A stretch of DNA of 64,000 nucleotides from an uncultured Bacteroides sp. (GCA_965140635.1 OZ223290.1:431-64430); one strand, 5' to 3'. Shown: positions 32,664-44,195, counted from the stretch's first letter. Translations and numbers: made by a program. The notes: generated from the sequence alone by a model not told the origin.

Positions 32664-34010
32664 TTATACACCCGTATAAGTATGCGGAGTGATATTCCTC
32701 AACTCTTTCTTTATTGTTTCATTCACATCTAAATTTTCAATAAATTCCTTAATAGAATTTTCTGTAATCGATTGATTTGTACGTGTTAATGCTTTTAACG
32801 CTTCATAAGGATGAGGATAAGCTTCACGACGAAGTACTGTTTGAATCGCCTCAGCTACTACACTCCAACAATTATCCAAATCACGATAAATAACCGATTC
32901 ATTGAGCAATAGTTTCCGTAGCCCCTTTAAAGAGCTTTGAATAGCTATCAAAACATGTGCAAACGGTACCCCAACATTACGCAAAACAGTAGAGTCGGTC
33001 AAATCACGTTGCAAACGTGACACAGGTAATTTTGCAGCCAAATGTTCTAATATCGCATTTGCTATTCCCAAATTTCCTTCAGCATTTTCAAAATCAATTG
33101 GATTTACCTTATGAGGCATCGCACTTGATCCAATTTCACCCTCCTTTATTTTTTGTTTAAAATATTCCATCGAGATATATTGCCAAAAATCCCGATTCAT
33201 ATCAATCATTATTGTATTCAACCGCTTCATCGCATCAAAAATGGCTGACAGACTATCATAATTGGATATTTGCGTAGTATATTCCTCTCGCTCCAAACCC
33301 AATTTTGACGAAACAAAATGGTCGCCAAAAATTTTCCAATCATACCCAGGGTACGCTACATGATGCGCATTATAGTTTCCCGTCGCTCCCCCAAACTTTG
33401 CTGTAAGTGGACAAGCTTTCAAAACTGTTAGCTGGCGTTCCATGCGATATGCAAAAACCATAATCTCTTTTCCTAAACGAGTTGGAGAGGCAGGTTGTCC
33501 ATGAGTTTTTGCCAACATTGGAACGTTAGTCCATTCATTAGCATATGTCTTCAGTTGAGCTATTAATTCTTCAACAAATGGGAAGTAGATTTGTTCCAAA
33601 GCGTCTTTGACAGACAATGGAACAGAAGTATTATTTATATCTTGGGAAGTAAGTCCAAAATGAATAAATTCTTTATACTCTGCAAGCCCTCCCAAACGAT
33701 CAAATTCTTCTTTCAAAAAATACTCAACGGCTTTTACATCATGATTGGTTACGCTTTCTATTTGTTTAATTCTCGAGGCGTTTTCTTCCGAAAAATTGCG
33801 GTAAATGTCTCTTAGAGATTCAAAAACCGCAGAATTCACCTCTTTGAGTTGAGGAAGAGGTAATTCACAAAGAGCTATAAAATACTCTACTTCTACACGC
33901 ACTCGGTATTTAATTAGCGCAAATTCTGAAAAAAAAGCAGCTAAAGCCTCAGCTTTGCCTCTATAGCGACCATCAATGGGAGAGATAGCCGTAAGTGAAT
34001 CAAGTTCCAT
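32664..34010 (-). CDS. purB: Adenylosuccinate lyase
   Basis: LTAISPIDGRY, TNHDVKAVEY, THGQPASPT, GSSAMPHKVNPIDFEN. Confidence 0.98.
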   Translation of the reverse strand: MELDSLTAISPIDGRYRGKAEALAAFFSEFALIKYRVRVEVEYFIALCELPLPQLKEVNSAVFESLRDIYRNFSEENASRIKQIESVTNHDVKAVEYFLKEEFDRLGGLAEYKEFIHFGLTSQDINNTSVPLSVKDALEQIYFPFVEELIAQLKTYANEWTNVPMLAKTHGQPASPTRLGKEIMVFAYRMERQLTVLKACPLTAKFGGATGNYNAHHVAYPGYDWKIFGDHFVSSKLGLEREEYTTQISNYDSLSAIFDAMKRLNTIMIDMNRDFWQYISMEYFKQKIKEGEIGSSAMPHKVNPIDFENAEGNLGIANAILEHLAAKLPVSRLQRDLTDSTVLRNVGVPFAHVLIAIQSSLKGLRKLLLNESVIYRDLDNCWSVVAEAIQTVLRREAYPHPYEALKALTRTNQSITENSIKEFIENLDVNETIKKELRNITPHTYTGV

Positions 34011-34324
34011 ACGTTTTTTAGATAATTATCAGTCTGCAAAAATAACCCTTTTTCGTGATTAACAAAGCATTAAAAAGAAGAAAGTTCCATAAATTTCTAA
34101 CTCACAGACAAAAAGACATATACAGAAAGCACAGAAGACTAATAAAACATTATTTTGTTAGTCCTTACTGTGTGTATAACAATCTAGGCTATTGTACATA
34201 TTTTACAACAAGTAAAAGAAACAGAAAGGATACTTCGATCGCTCTCCTCTAAGTAATAGCAAAAAAGAAAATATTGAGAGAATAAAAAAAATAAGCCTAA
34301 CGAAAAAAAATCATTATAAGATAT

Positions 34325-35458
34325 CTATTTCCGCAAATACCGAACAATGAGCTCCGCAGCACGTTCAGGGGCACCAACAGCTCCCAACGCAGTCAAAACT
34401 TCCTCATAATCAAACAACATTCTACTTCTTACATCCTTTGCATTTAGAAGACGGCCTAACTCATAAGTAATGTTTTCCACAGTCATAGTATCCGCCACAA
34501 GCTCTTTTACCACTTCCTTATTCGCTATTAAATTCACTAAAGAGATAAATTTCACATTTAGAAAATGCTTCTTAAGAAAAGAAATAAATTTTCCCAAAGG
34601 AGTATGATAACAAACGACCTGAGGAGTTAGAAACAAAGCTGTTTCAAGCGTAGCTGTACCCGAAGTGACCAAAGCCGCCTTTGCATGATACAACAACTGA
34701 TACGTCTGTCCGTAAACCACCTTCAGAGAAGTTTCGCCAAGGAAGCTGTTATAATATTCAGGGTCTATACCAGGCGCAGCAGCTAGAACAAGTTGGTAAT
34801 CAGGAAAAGAAGAAGCCGCCCGTATCATGTCTGGCAGATTATCTTTGATTTCCTGTTTTCTACTACCCGCCAACAGAGCAATAATTTTTTTATTATCCAA
34901 TTCATTACATTCGGTAAATTGAGCCAAAGTATCCTTATAAGTAGTTCGAAAACGATACACTTCATCAACGGTAGGATTTCCTACATAATGTATCGGATAA
35001 TTATGATGTCGATAAAAATCAACTTCGAAAGGCAGAATAGAAAACAACTTATCCACATCACGTTTAATATTCTTTATCCGATACTCTTTCCATGCCCAAA
35101 TTTTAGGAGAAATATAATAGTAAACAGGAATATTTGTTTTGCTGTGTATATACTTAGCTATATTCAGATTAAAGCCGGGGTAGTCAACAAGCAGCAAAAC
35201 ATCCGGTTGCCAATTCATAATATCTCTTTTGCAAAACTTCATATTGGCAAAAATTGTGCGTAAATGCAATAGCACCGGAACAAAACCCATATAAGCCAAA
35301 TCTTTATAATGCCGAACTAATTCTCCTCCGACTTCAGCCATTTTCTCTCCTCCAAAAAAACGAAATTGAGCTTCAGGATCTTCGCGCTGCAAAGCATCCA
35401 TCAAATGAGAAGCATGCAGATCTCCCGACGCTTCACCTACAATCAGATAATATTTCAT
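34325..35458 (-). CDS. lpxB: Lipid-A-disaccharide synthase
   Basis: GEASGDLH, DYPGFN, SPKIWAW, LLAGSR, SGTATLE. Confidence 0.97.
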   Translation of the reverse strand: MKYYLIVGEASGDLHASHLMDALQREDPEAQFRFFGGEKMAEVGGELVRHYKDLAYMGFVPVLLHLRTIFANMKFCKRDIMNWQPDVLLLVDYPGFNLNIAKYIHSKTNIPVYYYISPKIWAWKEYRIKNIKRDVDKLFSILPFEVDFYRHHNYPIHYVGNPTVDEVYRFRTTYKDTLAQFTECNELDNKKIIALLAGSRKQEIKDNLPDMIRAASSFPDYQLVLAAAPGIDPEYYNSFLGETSLKVVYGQTYQLLYHAKAALVTSGTATLETALFLTPQVVCYHTPLGKFISFLKKHFLNVKFISLVNLIANKEVVKELVADTMTVENITYELGRLLNAKDVRSRMLFDYEEVLTALGAVGAPERAAELIVRYLRK

Positions 35459-35494
35459 CCAGCATAAACTTAAGATTAAACCAACTATTAAAAA

Positions 35495-36265
35495 TCAAAC
35501 ACGAAGTAACTGTTTCAAATGATCCATATAATGATACGCCGTCATGTCAACCAATATAGGAGTTACCGCAACATAACCATTTGCAAGAGCCCATCCATCA
35601 TTTTGTTCATTCTCCTCATCCATATTCACAAATTCACCGGTCAGCCAAAAATAATTCTGGTCATTCAAACGAGGGCAAGGCTCCCACTCTTTCTTCCAAA
35701 GCCCTTTAGCTTGCTCACAAATTTTAGCACCCTTAAAGTTAGGAATATTCGGGAAATTTACGTTCAAACAGACTAAAGGAGGTAGCCCTTCTCTAAGCAC
35801 ATCAGTAACAATCTTCCGCACAAAATCCTTCAACGGTTCAAAATTAGCGTTAGCACCATGATCACAAAGCGAGAAACCAACGGAAGGAATTCCCTTTAAA
35901 CATCCCTCAATAGCCACTCCCATCGTGCCCGAATAATGCACACTTGTACCCGAGTTGTCTCCATGATTAATACCAGCGACCACTAAGTCAGGGGTACAAT
36001 CCAAAATCGTATGAAGAGCAAGCTTCACACAATCAGCCGGAGTACCGGAACATTTGTAGATGGTTAACCCGACCTCTTGACGAACTAACTGATAATGAAC
36101 AGGAACAGGAACAGTTATAGCACATCCACTGCCAGAGCGGGGCGAATCAGGAGCCATCACAACAATATCGCCCAAAGGCCTCAAAAATTTAATCAACTCA
36201 CTAATACCTTTAGCTGATACACCATCATCATTAGAAACCAATATCAGCGGTCTTTTATTTTCCAT
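35495..36265 (-). CDS. surE: 5'/3'-nucleotidase SurE
   Basis: LVSNDDG, GTPADCV, GINHGDN, YSGTMG. Confidence 0.97.
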   Translation of the reverse strand: MENKRPLILVSNDDGVSAKGISELIKFLRPLGDIVVMAPDSPRSGSGCAITVPVPVHYQLVRQEVGLTIYKCSGTPADCVKLALHTILDCTPDLVVAGINHGDNSGTSVHYSGTMGVAIEGCLKGIPSVGFSLCDHGANANFEPLKDFVRKIVTDVLREGLPPLVCLNVNFPNIPNFKGAKICEQAKGLWKKEWEPCPRLNDQNYFWLTGEFVNMDEENEQNDGWALANGYVAVTPILVDMTAYHYMDHLKQLLRV

Positions 36266-36634
36266 TAAGTCATCTATATTTATTCAGTCCCACAAAAGTA
36301 GATAAAAAACAGATACCAAGAAAATGATAAAAGACATAAGCATAAATAACCCTTACGAATAAAAGCATTACAAACCGAAATATAAAAAGTACCTATAAAG
36401 CAGTTTAGAAATCTTAATGTTCTGCAAGTGAGTGAAAAAAAAACAATTAATTCAATGAATTTATATATATTTGCGTGCTAGAAAACAGAAGAACAAGCAT
36501 TAAAATATTGCTTACTGAATATTGGAGTTATTAACAAAAAACACGTTTTATCAACAGATTTCGTAAAGTTCTTCTTTTTTAGTAGGCACTCTAAGTTATT
36601 ATCACTTATTTCGCTGCCATAAAATTAAAAGCAT

Positions 36635-37402
36635 ATGGGAAAAATAATTGCTTTAGCCAATCAAAAAGGTGGTGTAGGTAAAACAACAACTACCATTAAC
36701 CTTGCAGCCTCGCTTGCAACTATGGAAAAAAGAGTATTGGTTGTCGACGCCGACCCACAGGCAAATGCCTCTTCCGGTTTAGGAGTAGACATTAAGCAGT
36801 CGGAATGCACTATATATGAGTGCATTATAGACAGAGCCGATGTAAAAAGAGCTATTCACGACACCGAAATTGACTCACTTAAAGTTATCTCTTCGCATAT
36901 CAACCTCGTGGGAGCTGAAATAGAAATGCTTAATATAAAAAATCGCGAAAGAATCCTCAAAGAAGTACTCACTCCACTGAAAAAAGAATATGATTATATT
37001 CTGATAGATTGTTCACCTTCATTAGGACTAATCACAGTCAATGCTCTGACTGCTGCAGATTCCGTAATGATTCCTGTGCAAGCCGAATATTTCGCGTTGG
37101 AGGGTATTAGTAAACTCTTGAACACAATCAAAATAATTAAATCAAAGCTAAACCCTTCTTTGGAAATTGAAGGATTCTTGCTAACAATGTACGATTCACG
37201 GTTACGCCAAGCGAACCAGATATACGACGAAGTAAAACGTCATTTTCAGGAATTAGTTTTTAACACAGTTATCCAACGTAACGTAAAACTAAGCGAAGCC
37301 CCTAGTTATGGAGTTCCCACAATTCTTTATGATGCAGATTCTACCGGAGCAAAGAACCACTTAGCCTTAGCTAAAGAACTCATCAAAAGAAATAATAAAT
37401 AA
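36635..37402 (+). CDS. parA: Chromosome partitioning ATPase ParA/Soj
   Basis: NQKGGVGKTTT, DADPQAN, DCSPSLG, IQRNVKLSEAPS. Confidence 0.97.
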   Translation: MGKIIALANQKGGVGKTTTTINLAASLATMEKRVLVVDADPQANASSGLGVDIKQSECTIYECIIDRADVKRAIHDTEIDSLKVISSHINLVGAEIEMLNIKNRERILKEVLTPLKKEYDYILIDCSPSLGLITVNALTAADSVMIPVQAEYFALEGISKLLNTIKIIKSKLNPSLEIEGFLLTMYDSRLRQANQIYDEVKRHFQELVFNTVIQRNVKLSEAPSYGVPTILYDADSTGAKNHLALAKELIKRNNK

Positions 37403-37411
37403 ACGAAGATT

Positions 37412-38302
37412 ATGCCACAAAGAAGAAATGCATTAGGAAGAGGGCTCGACGCCTTGCTCTCTATGGATGAAGTAAAAACCGAAGGCTCATCTTCTATCAA
37501 CGAGATAGAGTTATCCAAAATTTCTGTCAATCCCAATCAACCACGTCGTGAGTTTGACGAAACAGCTCTTCAAGAGTTAGGCGATTCCATTTCGGAAATA
37601 GGAATTATCCAACCTATCACATTGCGCAAGCTTTCAGAAGAAGAATATCAGATTATTGCCGGCGAGCGACGTTATCGAGCTTCGCTTAAAGCAGGTTTAG
37701 AAACAATCCCCGCTTATATACGCACAGCCGACGATGAGAATGTAATGGAAATGGCTCTGATAGAAAATATTCAGCGTGAAGACTTAAATTCTGTAGAAAT
37801 AGCCCTAGCCTATCAGCACTTGTTAGAGCAGTACAACTTAACTCAAGAAAGATTAAGCGAACGTGTTGGTAAAAAGCGTACTACCATAGCCAATTACCTC
37901 CGCTTGCTAAAACTTCCGGCTTCCATACAAATGGCACTTCAGAATAAGCAAATAGACATGGGACACGCTAGAGCATTAATAACACTTGCCGAGCCTAAAC
38001 TTCAGGTTAAAGTTTTCGAAGAAATACTAGAACATGGATATTCTGTTCGTAAAGTAGAAGAAATTGTAAAAGCGCTCAGTGAAGGAGAAGTTATTAAAAG
38101 CGGAAACAAAAAAATAACCCCAAAACGAAGCAAATTACCCGAGGAATTTAATATGCTTAAGAAACACTTATCTAATTTCTTCAGCACCAAGGTACAACTA
38201 ACCTGCTCTGAAAAAGGAAAAGGAAAAATAAGCATTCCATTCAACAACGAAGAAGAATTAGAGCGTATTATAGAAATGTTTGATACGCTAAAGAATAAAT
38301 GA
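37412..38302 (+). CDS. parB: Chromosome partitioning protein ParB
   Basis: LGRGLDAL, NPNQPRREF, IAGERR, IENIQREDL, HTH. Confidence 0.97.
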   Translation: MPQRRNALGRGLDALLSMDEVKTEGSSSINEIELSKISVNPNQPRREFDETALQELGDSISEIGIIQPITLRKLSEEEYQIIAGERRYRASLKAGLETIPAYIRTADDENVMEMALIENIQREDLNSVEIALAYQHLLEQYNLTQERLSERVGKKRTTIANYLRLLKLPASIQMALQNKQIDMGHARALITLAEPKLQVKVFEEILEHGYSVRKVEEIVKALSEGEVIKSGNKKITPKRSKLPEEFNMLKKHLSNFFSTKVQLTCSEKGKGKISIPFNNEEELERIIEMFDTLKNK

Positions 38303-39078
38303 TCGTAAAAATAAGCAAATACCATCTCAGCATCATCTTATTGTTCTGTATACTCCAATTAACGATAGGAATTGATGCGCATGCTCAAGAAGCGGCCGCA
38401 AAGCGTAAACGCATAAGCAACAGAAAGGTTGAGCAAAATGACTCACTGGCTAGTGACAGTCTAACTCATCTTCGTGCCGATAGCCTGCTGAAAGTAAATC
38501 AAAAGAATTTAAAACAGTTAACTTCAAAAACTGAAACCCAAAAGCAAATCAACGCTGTGCAGGATAGTATACAAAAACGTTCACCTGTAAAACAGTGGAT
38601 ACCTGATTCAGGTAAAGCCACATGGTTGGCTCTTGTCTTTCCGGGAGGAGGGCAAATATACAATCGAAAATATTGGAAGCTCCCTATTATTTATGGTGGC
38701 TTTGCAGGATGTGCCTACGCTTTAACATGGAACAACAAGATGTATAAAGATTACTCCCAAGCCTATATGGATATTATGGATGACGACCCGACTTCAAATA
38801 GCTTTCTGGAATTGTTGCCACCCAACTCCAATTATACAGAAAGCCAGCTGCAAACAATACTTAAAAAGCGCAAAGATACATACCGCCGTTACCGCGATAT
38901 GAGTATATTTGCATTTGTTGGTGTATATATCATTTCAGTGATCGATGCTTATGTAGATGCCGAACTTTCAAACTTCGACATTACTCCAGATCTAAGTATG
39001 CACCTAGAACCTACTATTATTAATGACCGACACAAAACCGGTAATTCCGTAGGCATACAATGCAGCCTTCGGTTTTAA
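38299..39078 (+). CDS. DUF5683-type membrane protein
   Basis: FPGGGQIYNRKYWKLPIIY, DAYVDAELSNFD; conserved position after parB in Bacteroidetes. Confidence 0.75.
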   Translation: MIVKISKYHLSIILLFCILQLTIGIDAHAQEAAAKRKRISNRKVEQNDSLASDSLTHLRADSLLKVNQKNLKQLTSKTETQKQINAVQDSIQKRSPVKQWIPDSGKATWLALVFPGGGQIYNRKYWKLPIIYGGFAGCAYALTWNNKMYKDYSQAYMDIMDDDPTSNSFLELLPPNSNYTESQLQTILKKRKDTYRRYRDMSIFAFVGVYIISVIDAYVDAELSNFDITPDLSMHLEPTIINDRHKTGNSVGIQCSLRF

Positions 39079-39094
39079 TCATAAAAATTTAAAA

Positions 39095-40411
39095 ATGAAG
39101 AAAAGACCTCTCATAAACAGACTTCCCCGCTACTCAGCATGCATTTCTTTGTACTTGTTCATAAACCTAATAACAAGCGCAACAGGCCTTAAAGCGCAAA
39201 CAGTTGATGTAGTTATTCATAATAATGGGAATCAACGAAAAGAGAGCATTGATCTTCCCGAAGGAATGACCTATCCAATAGATAGCCTGCTAAACGACTG
39301 GAAAGTAAAAAATTACATCCAAGCTGTAAAAGATTGTAGCACAGCTAACGAAAATCCCTTATTTCCAGATTCCATATATATTCAACGTCTATCACGTATC
39401 CCTAGCGTAATGGAAATGCCTTACAATGATGTAGTACGCAAGTTTATAGATATGTACGCCACCAGACTTCGTAATCAGGTATCCTTTATGTTAAGTGCGT
39501 CTAATTTTTATGTTCCCATCTTTGAAGAAGCATTGGATGCATACAATTTGCCTTTGGAATTAAAATATCTGCCTGTTATAGAATCAGCACTAAACCCCTC
39601 TGCTACCTCTCGTGCAGGAGCTGCCGGATTATGGCAATTCATGATTGGCACAGCTAAAATATACGGATTAGAAGTAAACAGCTTAGTTGATGAACGGCGA
39701 GACCCTATCAAAGCCACATGGGCCGCTGCTCGATACTTAAAAGACCTGTATAACATTTACCAAGATTGGAACCTCGTTATAGCTGCTTACAACTGTGGCC
39801 CAGGGAATATCAATAAAGCAATTCATCGTTCAGGCAAAAATGACTACTGGAGCATATATAACTATCTGCCTAAAGAAACTCGCGGGTATGTTCCTGCTTT
39901 CATCGCTGCCAATTACCTTATGACCTATTACTGTGATCATAATATATGTCCAATGGAAACCGATATTCCTGCCAGCACAGACACTATACAAGTATCTCAC
40001 AAACTACATTTTCAACAAATCTCGGATGTATGTGGCATAAGCATGGAACAACTAAAAAGCTTAAACCCTCAATACCGTAAGCAAATTATACCAGGAAACA
40101 TCAAACCTTATACTTTGAGACTACCTTATGGCTATATTAAATCTTTCATCAATAGCCAAGACACTATTTATACTCATCGGGCAAACGAACTTTTCAGTAA
40201 AAGAAAAGTTGTAAATATAAGTAACAGACAATACACAAGATCTAGGCATTCCACACCTAAAGGCAAGAGAACTTATCATAAAATAAGAAGAGGAGAAAGC
40301 CTATCAACTATTGCAGAAAAATACCATGTGAGAGTCAAAGATATTAGAAGATGGAATAATTTGAGAAACAATAATATAACAGCAGGAAAGAGCTTAAAAA
40401 TATACAAATAA
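39095..40411 (+). CDS. Membrane-bound lytic murein transglycosylase (MltD-like) with LysM domain
   Basis: VIESAL, AAGLWQFM, AAYNCG, ETRGYV; C-terminal LysM (GESLSTIA). Confidence 0.93.
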   Translation: MKKRPLINRLPRYSACISLYLFINLITSATGLKAQTVDVVIHNNGNQRKESIDLPEGMTYPIDSLLNDWKVKNYIQAVKDCSTANENPLFPDSIYIQRLSRIPSVMEMPYNDVVRKFIDMYATRLRNQVSFMLSASNFYVPIFEEALDAYNLPLELKYLPVIESALNPSATSRAGAAGLWQFMIGTAKIYGLEVNSLVDERRDPIKATWAAARYLKDLYNIYQDWNLVIAAYNCGPGNINKAIHRSGKNDYWSIYNYLPKETRGYVPAFIAANYLMTYYCDHNICPMETDIPASTDTIQVSHKLHFQQISDVCGISMEQLKSLNPQYRKQIIPGNIKPYTLRLPYGYIKSFINSQDTIYTHRANELFSKRKVVNISNRQYTRSRHSTPKGKRTYHKIRRGESLSTIAEKYHVRVKDIRRWNNLRNNNITAGKSLKIYK

Positions 40412-40450
40412 GTACTTAAAAGTTGCCATAAAAGGCTCCTATTAAAACAA

Positions 40451-40496
40451 AAATTCCGTATACTAAAGTTAGACGAGACTTTAGTATACGGAATTT
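40451..40496 (+). terminator. Intrinsic terminator after the transglycosylase
   Basis: 19-bp arms AAATTCCGTATACTAAAGT / ACTTTAGTATACGGAATTT. Confidence 0.75.
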
Positions 40497-40600
40497 CTAC
40501 TAAATAAAAAGTTTCAAAAGAAAAGAAAACAGAAGCGATTGCTTGCATGATATTGAAATTTACCTATTTTTGCAAATCAACGAAAGAAAAAGGCTGAAAG

Positions 40601-42838
40601 ATGGATAGCATAGATAACAAAGAAATGACTGATGAAGAGATGATTGAACAATCATTTCAGGAATTACTTAATGACTACTTAACTACCAAGCATCGCAAGC
40701 GTATTGACATCATCACTAAAGCTTTTAACTTTGCCAACCAAGCCCATAAAGGCGTCAAGCGTCAGTCTGGAGAACCTTATATCATGCATCCTCTAAGTGT
40801 TGCCAAAATAGTATGTAATGAGATTGGATTGGGATCAACTTCCATCTGTTCGGCTTTACTACATGACGTCGTAGAAGACACGGATTATACCGTGGAAGAC
40901 ATTGAAAATATTTTCGGAGCAAAAATAGCCCATATCGTTGACGGATTAACCAAAATATCGGGAGGTATATTTGGGGATAAAGCATCGGCGCAAGCAGAAA
41001 ACTTCAAAAAGCTGCTATTAACGATGTCTGATGATATTCGTGTAATCTTAATAAAAATAGCCGACCGATTGCACAACATGCGAACATTAGGTTCTCTTCT
41101 ACCTAACAAGCAATTTAAAATAGCCGGTGAAACGCTCTACATCTATGCTCCATTAGCCAATCGGCTAGGGCTCAATAAGATCAAAACAGAACTAGAAAAT
41201 CTGAGCTTCAGATACGAACATCCCGAAGAGTTTCAGGAAATAGCAGACAAACTAGAAGCAACTGCCACTGAAAGAGAAGAAGTATTTAAGAAGTTCACCG
41301 CTCCTATCCGCGTACAATTAGACAAGATGGGAATGCACTATCGCATTGTGGCTCGTATCAAATCGATTTATTCCATCTGGAACAAGATGCAAACGAAACA
41401 TCTACCATTTGAAGAAGTCTATGATTTGCTGGCTGTTCGCATCATATTTGCCCCAAAAGACGAAGAAGAAGAGCTGAATGACTGTTTTGATATCTATGTC
41501 TCCATTTCCAAAATATATAAACCTCATCCTGACCGCTTACGCGACTGGGTAAGCCATCCCAAAGCCAACGGTTATCAAGCATTGCACGTGACACTAATGG
41601 GCAACAACGGCCAATGGATCGAAGTTCAGATTCGAAGTGAACGTATGAACGATGTAGCCGAACAAGGTTTTGCCGCTCATTGGAAATACAAAGAAGGAGG
41701 AGGCAGTGAAGACGAAGGAGAATTAGAAAAATGGCTCCGCACCATCAAAGAGATTTTAGATGACCCTCAACCTGATGCAATTGATTTTCTCGACACAATA
41801 AAACTGAACCTTTTTGCCTCTGAAATATTTGTTTTCACACCTAAAGGTGAGATTAAAACAATGCCTCAGAACTCAACTGCACTAGACTTTGCCTTCTCAT
41901 TACATTCTGACTTGGGAAGTCATTGTATCGGAGCAAAAGTTAACCATAAACTAGTTCCTTTGAGCCATAAGTTAGAAAGTGGCGACCAAGTAGAAATTTT
42001 AACATCTAAATCACAGCGAGTACATCCTTCATGGGAAGTGTTTGCCACTACAGCTAAAGCACGAGCCAAAATAGCTTCCATCTTAAAAAAAGAGCACAAG
42101 AGTGCCCAAAAAGAAGGAGAAAGAATGCTAAAAGAATTCCTCCAGAAAGAAGAACTCCCCACCGAAGAAAGCATCAACAAATTATGTAAACTTCATAATT
42201 TCAAAACCAAGGAGGAATTAATGGCCGCCATAGGCAGCAAAAGCATTATACTAAAAGACGCTGATAAAAATGAACTAAAAGAAAAACCAAGCGGTAATTG
42301 GAGGAAATACTTAATGTTCTCCTTTGGTGCCGGGAACAAAGAATTTAAAGAAAAAGAAGAGGAAAGCCAAGAAAAAATTAACCCCAAAAAAGTACTAAAA
42401 CTAACCGAAGAAAGTATAGAGAAAAACTATGTCATGGCTTCATGTTGCCACCCGATTCCCGGAGATGATGTTTTAGGATATATTGATGAAAATGAAAATG
42501 TAATTATTCATAAAAGACAATGTCCCATAGCCGTTAAATTGAAAAGTAGCTATGGAAATCGGATAATTGCCACCTCTTGGGATACCCATAAAGTCCTTTC
42601 ATTCTTGGTATACATATACGTTAAAGGCATAGATAGTGTCGGATTACTAAATGAAATTACTCAAATCATATCAAGACAACTGAACGTCAACATTCGTAAA
42701 TTAAATATTGAAACAAACGACGGCATATTCGAAGGAAAGATTCAATTGTACGTCCATGACGTGGACGATGTCAAACAGATATGCAACAACTTATTAAAGG
42801 TAAAGAACGTAAAATCAGTGACTCGCATAGAATCCTAA
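40601..42838 (+). CDS. relA: Bifunctional (p)ppGpp synthetase/hydrolase (long RSH)
   Basis: LHDVVED hydrolase motif, RIKS, NGYQALH, EVQIR, TGS and ACT domains. Confidence 0.96.
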   Translation: MDSIDNKEMTDEEMIEQSFQELLNDYLTTKHRKRIDIITKAFNFANQAHKGVKRQSGEPYIMHPLSVAKIVCNEIGLGSTSICSALLHDVVEDTDYTVEDIENIFGAKIAHIVDGLTKISGGIFGDKASAQAENFKKLLLTMSDDIRVILIKIADRLHNMRTLGSLLPNKQFKIAGETLYIYAPLANRLGLNKIKTELENLSFRYEHPEEFQEIADKLEATATEREEVFKKFTAPIRVQLDKMGMHYRIVARIKSIYSIWNKMQTKHLPFEEVYDLLAVRIIFAPKDEEEELNDCFDIYVSISKIYKPHPDRLRDWVSHPKANGYQALHVTLMGNNGQWIEVQIRSERMNDVAEQGFAAHWKYKEGGGSEDEGELEKWLRTIKEILDDPQPDAIDFLDTIKLNLFASEIFVFTPKGEIKTMPQNSTALDFAFSLHSDLGSHCIGAKVNHKLVPLSHKLESGDQVEILTSKSQRVHPSWEVFATTAKARAKIASILKKEHKSAQKEGERMLKEFLQKEELPTEESINKLCKLHNFKTKEELMAAIGSKSIILKDADKNELKEKPSGNWRKYLMFSFGAGNKEFKEKEEESQEKINPKKVLKLTEESIEKNYVMASCCHPIPGDDVLGYIDENENVIIHKRQCPIAVKLKSSYGNRIIATSWDTHKVLSFLVYIYVKGIDSVGLLNEITQIISRQLNVNIRKLNIETNDGIFEGKIQLYVHDVDDVKQICNNLLKVKNVKSVTRIES

Positions 42839-42845
42839 TCCAGAC

Positions 42846-43193
42846 TTAAGTCCTCTGATCCAGCTCTTTCTTAATAGCAAGCAATTCTTCCTTAATATTT
42901 TTCAGTCTATCTATAATCTCAAAATTACGAACCGTAGCTTCTTTATTATCTTTTAATTTTTGTCGAGCACCCGGTAAAGTCATTCCTTTCTCTTTTACCA
43001 AATGATAAATCAGCTTAATTGTTTCCAAATCTTCCTTACGATATTGACGTGTACCACGTCCTCCCTTTTTAGGGCAAATCTGAGGAAATTCCTTTTCCCA
43101 AAAGCGAAGCAAGGATTCATTAACGCCAAACATTTCAGCAACTTCGCCAATCGAATAATACAATTTCAGATCTTTATGAGGATTATAAGCCAT
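42846..43193 (-). CDS. MerR-family HTH protein
   Basis: YYSIGEVAEMFGVNESLLRFWEKEF, R..RQY. Confidence 0.9.
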   Translation of the reverse strand: MAYNPHKDLKLYYSIGEVAEMFGVNESLLRFWEKEFPQICPKKGGRGTRQYRKEDLETIKLIYHLVKEKGMTLPGARQKLKDNKEATVRNFEIIDRLKNIKEELLAIKKELDQRT

Positions 43194-43226
43194 ATCTATA
43201 TCGTTAATATCCTTAGAATATTTTTG

Positions 43227-44195
43227 TTAATCAAACACTTTACCATGATTCGCAGCGATATGGATCATTCTTTGATAATCATCCGCACTCAAATCTTTGA
43301 AATAATAGTTCACCGGATTTACCCGTTTTCCCTTTACGTGAACCTCATAATGAAGATGCGGACCGGTACTCCGTCCGGTACTTCCTACTCCGCCAATAAC
43401 CTCTCCACGCAGAACTTTCTTTCCCAACTTAGTGCGATAATCACGTAAGTGAGCATAAATAGTACGATACCCAAAACCATGATCAATCTCAATCGTATTA
43501 CCATATCCTGTTTCCCAACCCATCTTAACCACTACCCCATCCCCGGTAGCATATACAGGTGTTCCCGGATGAGCCGAGAAATCCATTCCTCCATGAAACT
43601 TGGCTGTGCCATAAATAGGATCAATTCGCATACCATAGCCAGAAGCTGTTTTTCTCAAATCCTTATTAGAGACAGGTTGAATGGCAGGAATACACTTCAA
43701 CATCTCATCATGATTTTTACACATTTCCACTACATCATCAAAAGACTTTGATTGTATATAAAGCTGCTTACGCAGCAAATCCAACTTCTGCGTAGTATTA
43801 ACCACCAAATCAGCATTAGCCATGTCCATCAAATGCTCATATCGATTAGTACCGCCATACCCTGCTTGACGAATAGCCGGAGAGATAGGATCTGCCTGAA
43901 AGATAACCCGATATAAATTATCATCACGCTGCTGTACATCTTGCAAAACTCCCAAAGCCTCATCTAATCGATGAGACAATACATTATATTGAGCTAAAAG
44001 TCTACTATTCTCCGTTCTTAGTTCCTTTTCAGACGGCGAACCGAAAATAATAAGCAACAAAATAAAAGCTCCGGCCCCCAAACTCATCCCGACAAAAAGC
44101 CTCCTCAAAATACTCAATGCCCGTTGTCGGACAGTAGGATATATTCTGTCATAAGTCTGTGTTCGTGGATTATAAATGTAGTAAACTTTGCGCAT
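43227..44195 (-). CDS. M23 family metallopeptidase
   Basis: HGGMD, HL, STGPHLHYEV; N-terminal TM and coiled coil. Confidence 0.93.
   Translation of the reverse strand: MRKVYYIYNPRTQTYDRIYPTVRQRALSILRRLFVGMSLGAGAFILLLIIFGSPSEKELRTENSRLLAQYNVLSHRLDEALGVLQDVQQRDDNLYRVIFQADPISPAIRQAGYGGTNRYEHLMDMANADLVVNTTQKLDLLRKQLYIQSKSFDDVVEMCKNHDEMLKCIPAIQPVSNKDLRKTASGYGMRIDPIYGTAKFHGGMDFSAHPGTPVYATGDGVVVKMGWETGYGNTIEIDHGFGYRTIYAHLRDYRTKLGKKVLRGEVIGGVGSTGRSTGPHLHYEVHVKGKRVNPVNYYFKDLSADDYQRMIHIAANHGKVFD

Noticed and set aside
34055-34252. 65-aa basic ORF between purB and lpxB
   Set aside because: GTG start in A-rich intergenic DNA on the strand opposite both neighbours, overlapping the purB promoter area, with no motifs.
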